A DNA stretch of 64,000 nt from Amoebidium appalachense (GCA_963693365.1 CAVNZM010000001.1:15362418-15426417), one strand, 5' to 3'. Shown: positions 29,334-55,363, numbered from the stretch's first letter. Notes: generated by a model not told the origin, from the letters alone. A program made the numbers and translations.

Positions 29334-30554
29334 CTCACACTCTCTTCCCCCCCCCCCCTCCCTCCCCCCTCCCTCCCTTCACTCTTTCCCTCCCTTCCCC
29401 TTCCTCCCTCTCTTCTCTCTCTCTCTCTCTCTCCCCCCCCCCCCCCCTCTTTCCTTCTCACTCTCCCCTCCCTCCTCCCCTCTTCCCCTCCATGCTCTCC
29501 CCTCTTCTCTCTTCTGTCTCTCCCCCTCCCCCCTCCCTCCCCCCTTCCCTCCCTCCCTTCCATCCCCCCCCCCCCCTAAGCACATACGCATTTTTCGCTG
29601 CACTGCTTTAGTTTGCACACACATCTTCACCGTTTTGCTCACCTTGCTTGCATAAGCAACCCTGCTCGTCTTTGATCAAGACGGGTTGACCCTCCCAAGT
29701 TCAGTTGATGCTGCTGTCTGAGTTGGAGAGTCGTATATACGCAGGCTAAGGGGTCGAAACTCAGACGCAATTGATGACTTGGGCCCTCCCTGAGGATGGG
29801 CTCTGCTTATGACGCATACTGTGCGCATGGCTGATGTTGCATACTTGAATGTTTGCCTTTGCATGTGTCCTGCACCATGCTTCTCATCGTGCATGCTTAC
29901 TTCGTACCGTGTTCCGCATTCAAACCCCCCAAGTCTTCTTTCAGAGGTGTCCTTTCAGGACAGACCACTGTGTGGAGACCGCTTTACTTCCATGCAACCG
30001 GGCATGGTTGCTCTGTGTCGTGCATCTGTAAGCACATACACATTTTTCGCTGCACTGCTTTAGTTTGCACACACATCTTCACCGTTTTGCTCACCTTGCT
30101 TGCATAAGCAACCCTGCTCGTCTTTGATCAAGACGGGTTGACCCTCCCAAGTTCAGTTGATGCTGCTGTCTGAGTTGGAGAGTCGTATATACGCGGGCTA
30201 AGGGGTCGAAACTCAGACGCAATTGATGATTTGGGCCTTCCCTGAGGATGGGCTCTGTCTATGACGCATACTGTGCGCATGGCTGATGTTGCATACTTGA
30301 ATGTTTGCCTTTGCATGTGTCCTGCACCATGCTTCTCATCGTGTATGCGTACTTCGTACCGTGTTCCGCATTCAACCCCCCCCCCCCCCCCCCTCCCCCC
30401 CCCCCTTCCCCCTCGTGTGGGGATGCATGCGTGTGTGTGTTTGTGCATGCCCAGAGGGGCTGGCTGGCTGCTTTCCTTTGTACAGTAGCACAGCTGTATT
30501 TTCCTGATTACTCTTTCCTACTTCACCTTGGTATCCTTGTCCTCCTCTCTCCCC

Positions 30555-30602
<48 letters not shown>

Positions 30603-31835
30603 CCCCCGCCCTCCCCCTCCCCCTCCTCCACCCACCCACCCACCCACCACCCCCTCCTCCATCCCCCTGATCAAGACGGGTTGACCCACCCAAGTTCAGT
30701 TGATGCTGCTGTCTGAGTTGGAGCGTCGTATATACGCGGGCTAAGGGGTCGAAACTCAGACGCAATTGATGACTTGGGCCCTCCCTGAGGATGGGCTCTG
30801 CTTATGACGCATACTGTGCGCATGGCTGATGCTGCATACTTGAATGTTTGCCTTTGCATGTGTCCTGCACCATGCTTCTCATCGTGTATGCGTACTTCGT
30901 ACTGTGTTCCGCATTCAAACCCCCCCCCCCCCCCCCCCCCCCCCCCTTTCCTCTAAAAAGTAATTAGCCGCAACATTTTTAGACTGCGCCTTGCTGACGT
31001 CAATTATCGATTCAAAGAGGCCAAGAAAATGAAAGGCCTATTTACCGCTACCCTACAAGTCACATGACTATGATAATGATGACAATAGTGAAATTAATAA
31101 CAATAATCGGGCACCGTGGATGTTGGATATCCTCACCGTGTACTCTCCGTGTCTCCTGCACGCATTCTATGCCACACACCAAGCCCTTTGTCGATTATTT
31201 TGGTACTTAGGCATAAATGGCAACTAATGCTGCGTTCTGATTACCAGCTTTATACGAGGCATCTCAGCACATCAGATGCAGCTACGACGGCTTGGCCCAC
31301 TGCTCAGTTCGACCATCGACCCTGTCAACCTCAGACTCACCCTGCTTGACAGAGACTTCACTGAAAATGGTAACCCCCCCCCCCCCCCCCCCCCTCTCCG
31401 GCGGGTGTGTGTGTTGATGCGGTGATGATGGTGACAGTGGTGGTGGTGTTGGCTGGGGAGCGGGATGGAAAGGGAGGTGGGATATGTTTTTTGATAACAT
31501 GATGGCATCACTCTCTTACACTAACATACTCCACCTACTCAGACTACGAAGCACTCCTTGCACTAGAAGACAGCCCCTACGCCCAAAAATGCGGCGGGGT
31601 CAGCACCGACGTGTTCCAGAAGCTTCCGAGTGCCGTTGTGTCATCTGATTGGTTGAGAGAGGCGTCGCTTGGCCCCGGTTTTACCAGCGAGTGTTGCATA
31701 TGTCTGGAGGAGTATGGGGTGGGGCAGAGAGTGAGAGCACTGGCCTGCAACCACAGGTACCACTTGCACTGCATCGACACGTGGCTGGCTAGCTCCCCAT
31801 GCTGCCCGATATGCAAGTGCAGTGTGGTGCCGTGA
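26340..31835 (+). CDS. Membrane-anchored RING-H2 E3 ubiquitin ligase, SDIR1-like (~193 aa, 4 exons)
   Basis: Exons 26340-26375, 29066-29196, 31248-31369 and 31543-31835 have consistent phases (0,2,1). Hydrophobic segment LVCCVSLVMGLALFHSFLLFKLLWLWLLLAFFF, motif LRLTLLDRDFTENDYEALLAL, and RING-H2 CCICLEEY..LACNHRYHLHCIDTWL..CPICK. Exon 1 is the least certain. Confidence 0.85.
29577..30375 (+). mobile_element. 452-bp-unit retroposon-like element, ~1.75 head-to-tail units, in an intron of the RING gene
   Basis: TAAGCACATAC at 29577 recurs at 30029 (period 452). It ends at CCGCATTCAA followed by poly-C and is preceded by poly-C. Confidence 0.8.
30668..30919 (+). mobile_element. 5'-truncated copy of the 452-bp-unit element
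   Basis: Near-identical to 29674-29924. It has the same 3' end (CCGCATTCAAA) followed by a C-run. Confidence 0.8.
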
Positions 31836-32078
31836 TGTGGTGTAATGATTAGAGGGGTTATGGATGAATATATATATTTTCTTTTCCCTCTTTACCCTAA
31901 AGCTTTTTGGAGGGAGGGAGGGGGTGGAGGGGAGGGGATGGGGAGAGGGGGAGGGGTTGGAGGGGAGGGGGGGGGGGGGGTAAGGCGGGGAAGGGGAGAG
32001 GGGGGGGGGGGGGGGAGGGGGTAATACATGTGGTTACTCCCCACCCTCCTCTCCCCCACCCATTTTTCTTAGGGTGTT

Positions 32079-32121
<43 letters not shown>

Positions 32122-32562
32122 TGTGTGGTATGAACTGAACGGAAGGGTTGTTCTTGTACTGCCTTCTTTCTAGCTCCAATTCTAAAAAAAATAGTCGCGC
32201 GCAGATGAACACAAACACGTTAAATACGCGAGGTGCCTGCTCGCAAGTGCACACACACAAAACCACCCACGCGCGCGCACACACACGGAAAACCCCCATT
32301 TAAAGAAAACGTACACAACACGACCCGTCTCGTGAACGTTTGCGGGTGCTGGGAGATGGGTTATCTAGAGCTGTGTTTTGATTGGCTGACTAGGCCTTTA
32401 TTATCTTTTGCTGCGACGCAAATTTAGGCGGGGTGTTTTCGAGCGAGACAGCACTTTATCCTAGTATCATGGAGCAAGTGTTTCTGGGACATTTCTTTTT
32501 TTGCTCTGCGCCTGGTTATGGTGGTGCACGTCTTTTCTTTCTTTTTCTTTTTTTTGGTTTGG

Positions 32563-32621
<59 letters not shown>

Positions 32622-33355
32622 TAGATAATGACTACAAAAATTGCTTTTGATAATTTTGTTGTGTCCATATATAGTTCTGAATGGTGACATCTGGTTGGTC
32701 TATTTTTCACGCTGGTATCTGATGAATGATGTATAGACAATAGCCCTGGCTGGCTGTTCTTTTTTGATCCAACCGCTTGATTGTATTTATTTTGTCCGGA
32801 ATTACAAGGCTTCAATGCATTGATAAATACAGAATTACAAATGTGTCAGAGCGCAACTGTCTATGACCACATCTTGGTATTGTTGTGATAATCGGACCTG
32901 CCTGATATCTTTCTAATATCGCAGCAGTGCAATATGTCGCGATAGACCGGGAACTTGAGAGGCTCAGCAGTGCTCCAGGATCGATCCCTACAATAGGGGC
33001 CAATACCAGTGGGAGGTGGGGTGGGGCGGGATGGAAGAAAGCCTCGGAGGGGGGAAAGGGAGAGGGGGGGGGGGGGGGGGAAGGGGGGGGGGGGGAGGGG
33101 AGGGAGGGGGGAGGGGAGGGGAGGGGGGGAGGCAATCAATTTGGCAGTATTAGTGGGTAAACATAGAAAACATTGAACTGCGCCCGGCTGCTCGGAGTCG
33201 GGACTGTCGACGTTGTCAACACAGCAACCGCCAATCATCTGGCTCTAACCGCAATTTTTCGCATACCATGGCTGGCTGACTCCCCAGGTCAAATCCCCAT
33301 AAACTGTGAAAGACGCTGTCACGGAGCATTTCGAATAATCCGAATACAATGTATT

Positions 33356-34145
33356 GTTTTCTTTTGACTCGGGTTTATTGATCAGTTGATGAAGGCAACG
33401 TGCAGCCACAGGCTACATAACCACCAATAGAACTGAAAAAGCCAAAGCTACGAAATAAAAATAAAGCGAAAAGTGACAAAGGACACCAGCGGGCGAAACC
33501 GTAAGTGTACGTGTATGCGTGAAACTAGTTTGCTCCAACTAGTCATATGCATCGATGTTGACCAGACCACACTCTGCAAGAAGACATCATTACTGCTCCT
33601 TCCCAACAGGCCCCCCTCAAAACCTATCGAGGCACAGCAAGCAAGTCAGCCTCTAAAAGAGCAATGCAGACCAAATCTGAGCCAAAAAAAAACAATCCCA
33701 ACGGGCCCGGCCCCTAGATAACCCGGAGAAACTGCATCTAGCTCTCTGATAAGGTGGCCTAGTTGTGGCAGGACACACAGAAAAACACAATTACAGAATG
33801 CATGCAAGCAAACCCGGTCATTGCCATACGACTGGAGGCTAAGGACTGGCAGTCACTTGGAAAGCTCCCCGACGACCAAGTAGCGGCCCCTCCACTCACG
33901 CAGCGCAGAAGTAGCTGAAGAAGTTGCAGCAGCCCACCGCCAATAGGTCGCGTAGAAGCGTAGACAGCGTGTAGAAGTTACCATAGGTTGCAGTGGACCA
34001 CCAGGCGTTGAAGAAACCACTTCTCAAGCGAGTAACTCCGCGAAAGGGAGATGCCCCCACACTCTCACAGCAGTAGGAATACACCAGGCCACACCACACA
34101 CACGCTGCAGTCACGTTCCCCTGAGTGGGACTCCCTCCCACCACA
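33356..34145 (-). mobile_element. Degenerate 3' fragment of a non-LTR retroelement (LINE-like)
   Basis: 33367-33605 is nearly identical to the poly(A)-tailed copy at 34206-34469. Upstream on the minus strand is a frame-broken WEGVPL / ERDCSVC segment reminiscent of a LINE C-terminal Zn-finger region (weak). Confidence 0.55.
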
Positions 34146-34203
34146 AAAAGAAGAAACGAAAGCCTTTATATACCTGCCATGGTGAAGAATCGGGAAAAAA
34201 AAG

Positions 34204-34205
<2 letters not shown>

Positions 34206-34234
<29 letters not shown>

Positions 34235-34469
34235 CGGTTTTATTGATCCGTTGATGAAGGCAACGTGCAGCCACAGGCTACATAACCACCAATAGAACTG
34301 AAAAAGCCAAAGCTACGAAATAAAAATAAAGCGACAAGTGACAAAGGACACCAGCGGGCAAAACCTTAAGTGTACGTGTATGCGTGAAACTAGTTTGCTC
34401 CAACTAGTCATATGCATCGATGTTGACCAGACCACACTCAGCAAGAAGACATCATTACTGCTGCTTCCC
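34206..34469 (-). mobile_element. 5'-truncated poly(A)-tailed retroposed copy with an 11-bp TSD
   Basis: A T-run at ~34204-34231 gives a poly(A) tail on the minus strand, with AATAAA just upstream of it. Flanked by AAAAAAAAGTT at 34195-34205 and 34470-34480. Confidence 0.85.
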
Positions 34470-35181
34470 AAAAAAAAGTTGACGTGACAGTTAATGATGA
34501 GATCGAAGTGAAAGTTATAACTCAGATTAGAGGAACTAAACCAACAGAAATCTGCCACAGGAACATATTAAATAGAAGATTGGCTTAAACTTGGAAAATT
34601 TTCAAGGTTCATATGTTACAGCCCACCATTTTCCCAGGGCGGTTTACATGCGCAGTTGATAATGGGGACTGGGTCACGATTTTCCTGGAGTAAGTTTTGG
34701 GAGAAAATTGGCTGTCAAAATAGGCCAATCGCAAATCTTTAAAATCATGGCAGCTATTTCATGTTTATAAAGTTTCATTAGTGCTAATAATAGTAAGCAC
34801 TGTCGAGTTGAATATAGGAAACTCAAAAGCCTCATTGTGCGTAGCTGAAATAAGCTAATATCCGTGCCTAGTTTTCTTGAAAAGGCAAACCGCTGTCTAT
34901 CTAGCTACGAGCACCTGTATTTAGTCGCAAAATGAGTATACGCGATCATGCCTCAAAGCGAAGCAAACAGATATGCCATTAGCATTCCTGAGCGGTAAAC
35001 GGTCCGGGCTGCCTGTACATTAATTGCACGACAAAACTTCGCACACCAACATAGCTACCACACACACGGAACACACGGAGGGTCCGGTGTGAGGGAAACG
35101 TGTCAAACACACACTAGAATTTGGTAGATTCCATAGGCACGTACGAAACTACCGCGTTCTTTTTGTCTTCTGGAAGCAAAA

Positions 35182-47126
<11,945 letters not shown>

Positions 47127-47128
47127 AG

Positions 47129-47159
<31 letters not shown>

Positions 47160-48244
47160 ACACACACACACATCTGTTACATATATATAAGGCCCCATTT
47201 GGAATAGCCCTGCTCGGTACCGGTGCCGAAGAAGAAGTGGCATGTGCATGGTGTGCATAAAAAGATATATAGATATTAACAAGTGCTGGTTTGGTGAAGT
47301 TATTTGGCGTGATTATCAGCGGCATTCAAAGTTATATTTTTTGTTAATATAACATGTGTAACATGTTTAACCTGATATCTACCTTATCAACACACTTGTG
47401 GACCGTACTGTGTCAGGGCACACAGGAGACTTTATGAAGGTTGGATTAATTGCTATAATGATGATGTATGCATGATGATATGATAAGTATGGAGGCATGT
47501 TTGCAAACACAGCAGATGATTCTAATAAATCGATGTCGAGCTATATAAAACAATAAAAAAAAGTAGGAATATGCTACCGCACCGTTTGATTTATTTGCCT
47601 CTGTCATTAGCATTTGGGCGTGTTCCAACCACTTTACATGGAACAGAACGTACATGTGTGGACACGGCCTGCGGAGTCGACCACCGCCAAGGAATTGATG
47701 GTCCTCTTTTTTTTTGTTTCCCCTTCTTTCCTCCAAGGGGGGTTAGGGAGGGGGAGGGAGGGAGGGCAGCACGTCCAAGCCCACTCTCCAGGGCCCCATG
47801 CATGCCTTTCGGGTTCTTGGCCATCTATATCATCATAGGTTGCTAAGGCACTACACTTGGTAAAAACAAAAAGAAACTCACACTATGCTACAGGCCGGAG
47901 GGTACACGCGTGCCAGTGGGTCCCCGGCCTGCAGCCATGACTCACGCGCGCATGCGCGGGCCGGTGAAGGACTCCTGTCACCCGAGGCTCACCTTCCAAA
48001 TATAGTGTGGTAACTGGGAAACTGTTTGGATGATCGAGTTTTCTAGAAGCTTATCTCTGATTGGTGTTTGCTTCATTTTGGCGCGAAACTACCCCCACTG
48101 GGCCACGCCCTGGCAGGTCCCGAATCCCAGGCTCCCAGTTTCACACGGTTGCTTCCTGCTGCTAATTCTTGTCTTCGAATTATTACGCAGTTTTCCTTTT
48201 CACCGATGCTTACATTCGACGGCTTCCTTTCAGCATGTACCTTT

Positions 48245-48455
48245 GGTGTAGTTTACCTATGCAAACATCCTCTGTGTAGTTTACCTTTCTAAACATCTGC
48301 TGTGTAGTTTACCTTTTTAAACATCGGCTGTGTAGTCTACCTCTTCAAACTACCTCTTCAAACATCCGCTGTGTAGTTAGCCTTAAACTCTGCTGCGTAG
48401 TAAATTAACCTCTTTGAACACCTGCATCTGTTGCGTAGTTTTTAACCTCTTTAAG
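48245..48455. repeat. ~28-bp degenerate minisatellite (TGTGTAGTTTACCTTTTTAAACATCnGC) just upstream of the F-box gene
   Basis: About five recognisable units plus two more diverged ones. Confidence 0.8.
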
Positions 48456-48562
48456 GATCCTCGGGGTGGCCCGTGCAGCGCTAGTCCGCAAAACATAGCC
48501 ACAGCGGAAACCGACCAGCCCAAACTACGTACTCTTCGCCCGTACTTTGTAAAGTGTCCACT

Positions 48563-49232
48563 ATGGCCGTACAGGTACAAGAATCGAAGGGGCTATTCTT
48601 CCTGCCAGAAAACCCCAGCGAAGGTTAGTTTTTCTCTTAGTTTTTCTCGCTCCCCTCTTTCCCCCCCCCCCCCCCCCCCCCTCCCCCTCTTGCCCCCCTT
48701 GAAGTTCCCCCCTCCCCCCCCCCCCCCCCTCCCCCCGCCTTCATGAGTGTGCTCTTCGTACTCTGTAACGCATTTTATACCCTCCCCCATTCTATACCCC
48801 CTCCCTTCCCCCAGGGCCCTCCTCTCCCGACTTCCTACCCTTTTCTCCCCTTTATTTTGACTCCCCTTCCCCTTCACTTCTGGCGACCTTACTTTGTTTA
48901 GTGCATTCTTTCGACATCCCCCCCCCCCCCCCCCTCCTCCCTGCCTCCCCTTATCATTCCTCCCGTTCAACCTCATTCAAACCCAACTCAACCGGCAACC
49001 CTGTCCCCCCCCCCCCCCCCCCCCCTTCCCCTGCACCCACTCCTCTCGTGGGGTTGGTTATACATGAATTTCCGTTAATACCACCCCCTCCTTACTCTCA
49101 CTCCTCTCCCGCCAAACAAATATGTACAACACATGCGCGCGGGCGCACGCACGCACACACGCATGCCCACTTGCCCGCCTGCACGAACTTACGAACGCAC
49201 GCACACGCACACAACGCGCATGCGTGCGCGCG

Positions 49233-49305
<73 letters not shown>

Positions 49306-50424
49306 CATGCACACACACACACATACACACACACACACACACACTCCCCAGTGGCACCAACTCACTCTGAAGGGGCTTCTTCTTGTTCCATCCCCTGTCA
49401 CTGTCGACATGAATTGTTTTTTAGCGTTCTGCTGCAGAAAAACACTCCTATTTCCCCACCCCCCTTCTGTCCCTTCACTCTCGTCCTCCCCTACAGTATA
49501 GAGTACAATGCTTGCCGATGTCCCCCTCCCTCCCCCCTCTCCCCCCCCCCCCCCCCTTCTCGGCCCCACTTTTTTCTTGCAACACACATATTTCTCGATT
49601 CCCCTCCCCTCCCTCTGCTTTCTCTATTCCCCCGAAGTTCTCTCCCTATCCCTCCCTAACTCCCTCCCTTCTGCTGCCCCCTCCCTCCTGTCTGCTCTCT
49701 TGACCTTTCGTTTCCTATTCGTAACCCTCCCTCTCTTTTACTCTTCCCCTTCCTCCCTCTCGTCTATCTCTCTTTCTCTCTCTCCCTCTCTCCCTCCCTG
49801 TCCCTCGCCCACGCACACAAACACACATTCTCTTTCTCTCTCTCTCACGTCTTCCCCCTCTCTTCTCTCTCCTCCTCTCCCTCTCTTTTATCTCTTTTCA
49901 TCTCTTCTCTCTCTCCTTCTCTTCTCTCTCTGCCTCTCCCTGTCACTCCCTCCCCCCTTCCCCCCTCCCTCCGTCCCTCCCTTCCTCCCTCCCTCCCTCC
50001 CCGCCCGCCCTCCCTCTCTCCCTCCCTCTAAAATTCCTCCCTCCCCCCCCTCCCCCCCCTCCCCCCCCCCCCCCCCCCCCCCCACACACACACAGAATGT
50101 GCACATGTTGTGTGGCATACTCGACAGGCGGTCTTGTTTACATATGCCTCCATGCAATTCGTTACTATTATTTTTGCTCTCACACTGCCTGCACCAGCCC
50201 CTCCCCTCCCTCCCCACACACACACACCACCTCCTCCTCCAGAAGTAGGCAGAACATCGAAGAGTTTAATCAAACCCCCCCCCTCCTCCCCCCCCCCTTC
50301 TCCCCCCTCCCCCCCCCTCCCCCCCCCCCCCCCCCCCCCCGGCACCCCCTCTCCCCCTTCTCCCCGATGTGCTGCAGCTTCAATTTACGTGCCAGGTGGA
50401 TGGGGAGGGAGGGGGGGAAGAGGG

Positions 50425-50455
<31 letters not shown>

Positions 50456-52606
50456 AGAGACAAATGTGCTAATGTGGTATCCCCCCTTGCAGGCTGCCTC
50501 CTCTCTAGGTTGCCGGATGAGCTGCTGCTGCACGTGGTGCGCTACTTGGCCCTCAGAGACCGCCTAAACTGGGCTCTGGTCTGCCACCGCGCAAACATCC
50601 TGGCCCGCAGCCCCCGTGCTGGCATGCTAAATATAACCCTGCCCGTCATGAATGCACCTAATAATAGCCACTTGGTAGTCGACACGTCGGTGCTTCACGC
50701 TCTTGGCCCTGCGGTGGAGAGGTTGAAATTCGACGTCGGCTCGCTTTTTAAACGCCACGAGAAATTGAAAAATCCGGCCGTAACATCCGAAAATACCGAC
50801 CCACCGTTGGCCAAGTCTTCCGATAAACCTTTAATCGAATTTACCGGCTCGATGGCCGAATTTCTCCCCAGGTGCACGAAACTGTCTATCGCATGGCATA
50901 TCCGGATTCTCTACTATGAGTGCGGTCGCTGGGCAAGAGAGATTGCGCCAGTGGTGATTCGATTACTCGATGGAATGTGCGATCAGGTGAGGGACGTCAG
51001 TGTTATCGGGACCGAGATGGTGCCCGATCTTATGGTGGATCTTTTGGGGCTAATATGGGCAAATTGTTCCTCATTGGAGCGATTCGATTTTGGCGGCGCG
51101 GATATACCAATGCAAGACTGGCCGAACGAGACCAGACGGCCCCATCCCTCGATCAAGTCTGTGCGCTTCGCACAGACACCACACGACAAGAAAGAGGTCG
51201 AGCGGTTTTTGTCGCAGGTTCCAAATTTGGAAGTTTTGGAGCTAATCGGCGCGATCGAGCCGGATCATATGGGGGACTACGTGTTCCAGGTCGACGCCTC
51301 GTGTTTGGCCCCGTGCAAGAAATTGCGGTGTCTTACTTTGGACGCCATCGCGAGCCGCGAGGGGGACGAAGATATTGACATCGCCGGCCTTCCCGTCATT
51401 CCCGAACTAGAGGAGTTTTGCGCGATTGCCAATGAGATCGACCTTGGGAATTTGGCCGGGTGTCCTAATTTGCGGCGGGTGGAGGTCACCTCGTTTGCCG
51501 AGGACGAGTTTCCGGCGCTTACGACGACTAGATTGGAGGAACTAGTTATTAAACGTGGACCACCGGACGGCTTCTACATGGGCATGGTAGCGGGCAGGCT
51601 TGATTTCTTAAAGCAAAACACGGAAACTCTACGAAAGCTCGAGGTTTCCGGTACTTGGACGGGCACCGACACACTTCCGCTACTGAAATCGCTGGAATAC
51701 CTCAAGTTGCTGGCGGCGCACGTGCCAACCGAGCATTTATCATTGGAAAATCACCCGAAAATTAAGCACCTGACGCTGATGCATGTCAGTGGGGTAGAGT
51801 TCCTCGGAGCAGGTGTTGCCGCAAATTTGACGCATGTGCATTTGTATATGTGTTCTGATCTAAGAGACGTCGGTTTTCTGAGTCAGTGCGGGCGACTAAC
51901 GGAGTTGATAGTGAGCAGTTGCCGGTCGATCGCCAATCTGGAGCCGATCGCAAATTTCCCATCTTTGGTGCGCGCGGAAATCCGTGCGTGTGACCAAGTG
52001 CGATCGGTGGTAGTCACGGATTGTCCAGTGCTGAAGTACTTTTCTATATATGAGATGCGATCGCTGATCGAGATCAAAAATGCCCATTGCATGAAGCCTC
52101 AACAGGCCGACGTCTGTAATGAGAGAGAGAAGGTGGTCAAATCAATATCAATCACCGGCTGTGAGCGCTTAAGCGAAATCGACATTGGGCTTAGGGATTT
52201 CCAAGCTCTAGAACGGTTGGTGTTGGCCAACAACGCGCCTTCGGGGTTGAACATCCGCGGAGATTTACGAAAATTCCAATCGCTCGTGTCGCTCCAGCTG
52301 GATAACGTCACTTTCGGTGAGGGTAATAAGCGATGGTCCATCAGCAAACACCCCGATATTCAGGAGATTGTAATTTCACGTATGCCGGATCTGCGGAGTT
52401 TGGGTCGCCCGTCGTCTCCCATTCATTCGGTTAAGAGAGTCAGCATCAGCAATTGCCCGTTGCTGAACAATATATCGGGGCTACGGCAGTGTCCTAATTT
52501 GCGCGAAATTTTGCCTTCCGATTTGCCGCTGATCAACAGTTTGGCGGGATTGGACAGGCACCCGGGACTTCGCAGAGCGAGGGTGGGAAAACTTCCCGAC
52601 AAATAG
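48563..52606 (+). CDS. F-box and leucine-rich-repeat protein (~724 aa, 2 exons)
   Basis: Exon 48563-48623 (MAVQVQESKGLFFLPENPSE G|GTTAGT) joins in phase 1 to 50493-52606. F-box LSRLPDELLLHVVRYLALRDRLNWALVCHR. Many LRRs (VPNLEVLELIG, CPNLRRVEV, SLVSLQLDN, CPNLREILPSDLP). Exon 1 is inferred. Confidence 0.88.
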
Positions 52607-53422
52607 TCCTGCCAACGGTGGATATCCCTCCCCCCCTCCCCCCCCCCCCCCCCCCTCCCCCTCTCCCCCGGGATGATGCGTTTGCTCAATGTGTGCTTCG
52701 CACTCTGTATTGTTGTCCGTTAGGAATGTGTGCTTTTTACTCTGTAAAGCATTCTACCCCCCCCCCCCCCCCCCTTAACGTGTAAATCGTACTCTACAAC
52801 ACATCCCCCCCCCCCCCCCCCCTTTCTTCCCCCCTCTGAACACATCCTCCCCCACCCCCCCCCCCCCTCCCCCCCTTCCTGAACACATCCTCCCCCCTCC
52901 CCCCTCTCCCCTACCCCCTCTCCGCTCTTCTGGAGGCCCCTCTCCTCCGAGACGCCGCACCCTGTAAGGATTGGCCGGCTTATAATGCATACTCTTTGTG
53001 TGGGAAGTTTTACATTTTCTGCATTGGGTTGTCTGCCGTGATTGTGTACCCCGTGCTCATGTCTGCAACACATTCTTGGCCCCCCTCCCCCGCCCCCTCC
53101 CCCCCCCCCCCCCCCCCCCTCCCTCCCCGCGGCCGGGGCACCAAAACAGCTACACACATAAACACACACACGTCTATGCACGTACATCCACACACGGAAA
53201 AATCTTGGCCCTCACCGGCACTCTCTTGTACGTTCAACATTTAAGAATTCATTGGGTTCCACACGTGTCTGCAACATGCATGGCACATATGGCACGTTCC
53301 GTGCACGTATGTAAGCACGCACGTGCACGGGCGCACGGGCGCGTGTGCACACGCACACACAGACACACACATACACGACACATCAATTTTTCATACGCAC
53401 GCTCCGCACACACGCACGCACG

Positions 53423-53500
<78 letters not shown>

Positions 53501-53507
53501 CACACAG

Positions 53508-53598
<91 letters not shown>

Positions 53599-54525
53599 AC
53601 CCACCAGCCACCAGCCACCACAACACGGCTCATCGACCTAGTCGTAGTCTTGTCGAAATATTTTGATTAAAAAACTGACAGATCACTTCTTGCACAGGAC
53701 CCCTTCAAACGCGGTTTTTCATGTTGGGCGCTGGGGATTTTAAGACTACTCGAGCTGAAGATGGGAGCTTGCATTTGTGTTTCGCTTTCTCGCTGTTTTT
53801 TTTTTTTTTGTTTGTTTGTTTGTTTGTTTGTTTTTGTTTTTCACTTTATCCCCTTTCCTTCCCTCCCTCCCTCCTTTGTTTCTTTCCTTTTCTTTTTCCG
53901 TGTGTGTGTGTGTGTGTGTGTTTGGGGGAGGGGGTGGGTGGGGGGGGGGGGGGGGAGGGTCACGCTATAACTAGTTTGAGCAACACGTACATTGTATGTG
54001 CTGTCGATGTATTAATCTGAGGCTAGTGCCTAAGGGTATTAGAATAGGTAGGTGATGGACATAACATGCATGAAAGGCTTGAGGTTAATTCACGTTATCC
54101 ATTTTTATTAATTTTTTTTGATTTTTTTAATTTTTTTTTTTTCATTGTTTTTTTCCCCCATCTCGGTCAAGATTCCCGACTGTAAAATGCTGTATACATA
54201 CGTGTTTAGTACAAGGTTTGATTTGGTTTCCAATTGATTTGTGGTTTGCAAGACATCACATATGTATTTACTTATATACTCCGTGAGGATGCCCTTTTTG
54301 TCTGGGCCATTAACAAATTCAATTTAACGAACCGCACACACATGACACTTTTTCCAAGACATGGACTTGTACTTATTGTAGGTTCTGTTTCGGTTTGTAG
54401 ATCCGCGATTTAGGTTGTGGCCTTGTGTTTGTCGTGTTTACTGGTTTCAAATGCAACCAGTAATGACTTGAGTCATATGGGCTTAACAATGCCCGTACAT
54501 GCAACCCGTTGTACACTTTAAGCTT

Positions 54526-54605
<80 letters not shown>

Positions 54606-54847
54606 CATTCACACACGCAACTACACATATACCCGTGCACATTGTATACACACTCCGTCACGCACACAAATACACGTACCCGCGCACTCACACACACCCT
54701 GCACACGCACGCACATACCATGTACACACACACATGCTCATGCACACACACGTACGTACACATGCAAATACAAATACATACACGTGCGCGCACACGTACA
54801 CACACACACACGGACACATGCACGTACAAATACACACGCACATACAT

Positions 54848-54894
<47 letters not shown>

Positions 54895-55209
54895 CTCATG
54901 CACGCACGCACACATGCAAATACAGAATACGTACAAGGTCACGCACGTGCACACGGACACATGCCCACACACGGACACATGCACATACAAATACACACAC
55001 GCCGCTGTTCGCATTGCCGCACTGCCACACGTTCATCTACATAGTACTCGTTGTTTTAAGACTACCCTATGAACAGATGGCATCTTGCACAAAGCACTTT
55101 CAGATAAGGTTCGGCATGTGGCAGGGCGATAAGGGATTCCATTTTATCTCGGGCTGGAAGCATTGGTGCCTCCGCAATCCGTGCTTGCATTTCCATTTTC
55201 TACGTTGTT

Positions 55210-55244
<35 letters not shown>

Positions 55245-55262
55245 CCCGCCCCGCCCCCCCCC

Positions 55263-55308
<46 letters not shown>

Positions 55309-55363
55309 ACACACACAGACTCACTCACACATGTGCACTGGGTCCCCCCTCCCACCCCCCCCC

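Noticed and set aside
29750-29800. Canonical hammerhead from CGAAAC and CTGAGGA in the 452-nt unit
   Set aside because: The flanks needed for stem II do not pair, and CTGAGGA is sequestered in its own hairpin.
48245-48455. CRISPR-like appearance of ~28-bp repeats
   Set aside because: The units are directly tandem with no unique spacers, there are no cas genes, and the context is eukaryotic. It is a minisatellite.
50369-50492. N-terminus of the 745-aa ORF (GGGEEGEGGGG...)
   Set aside because: It derives from an intronic G-tract. A CTAAT branch point and CAG acceptor at 50490-50492 indicate the exon starts at 50493.
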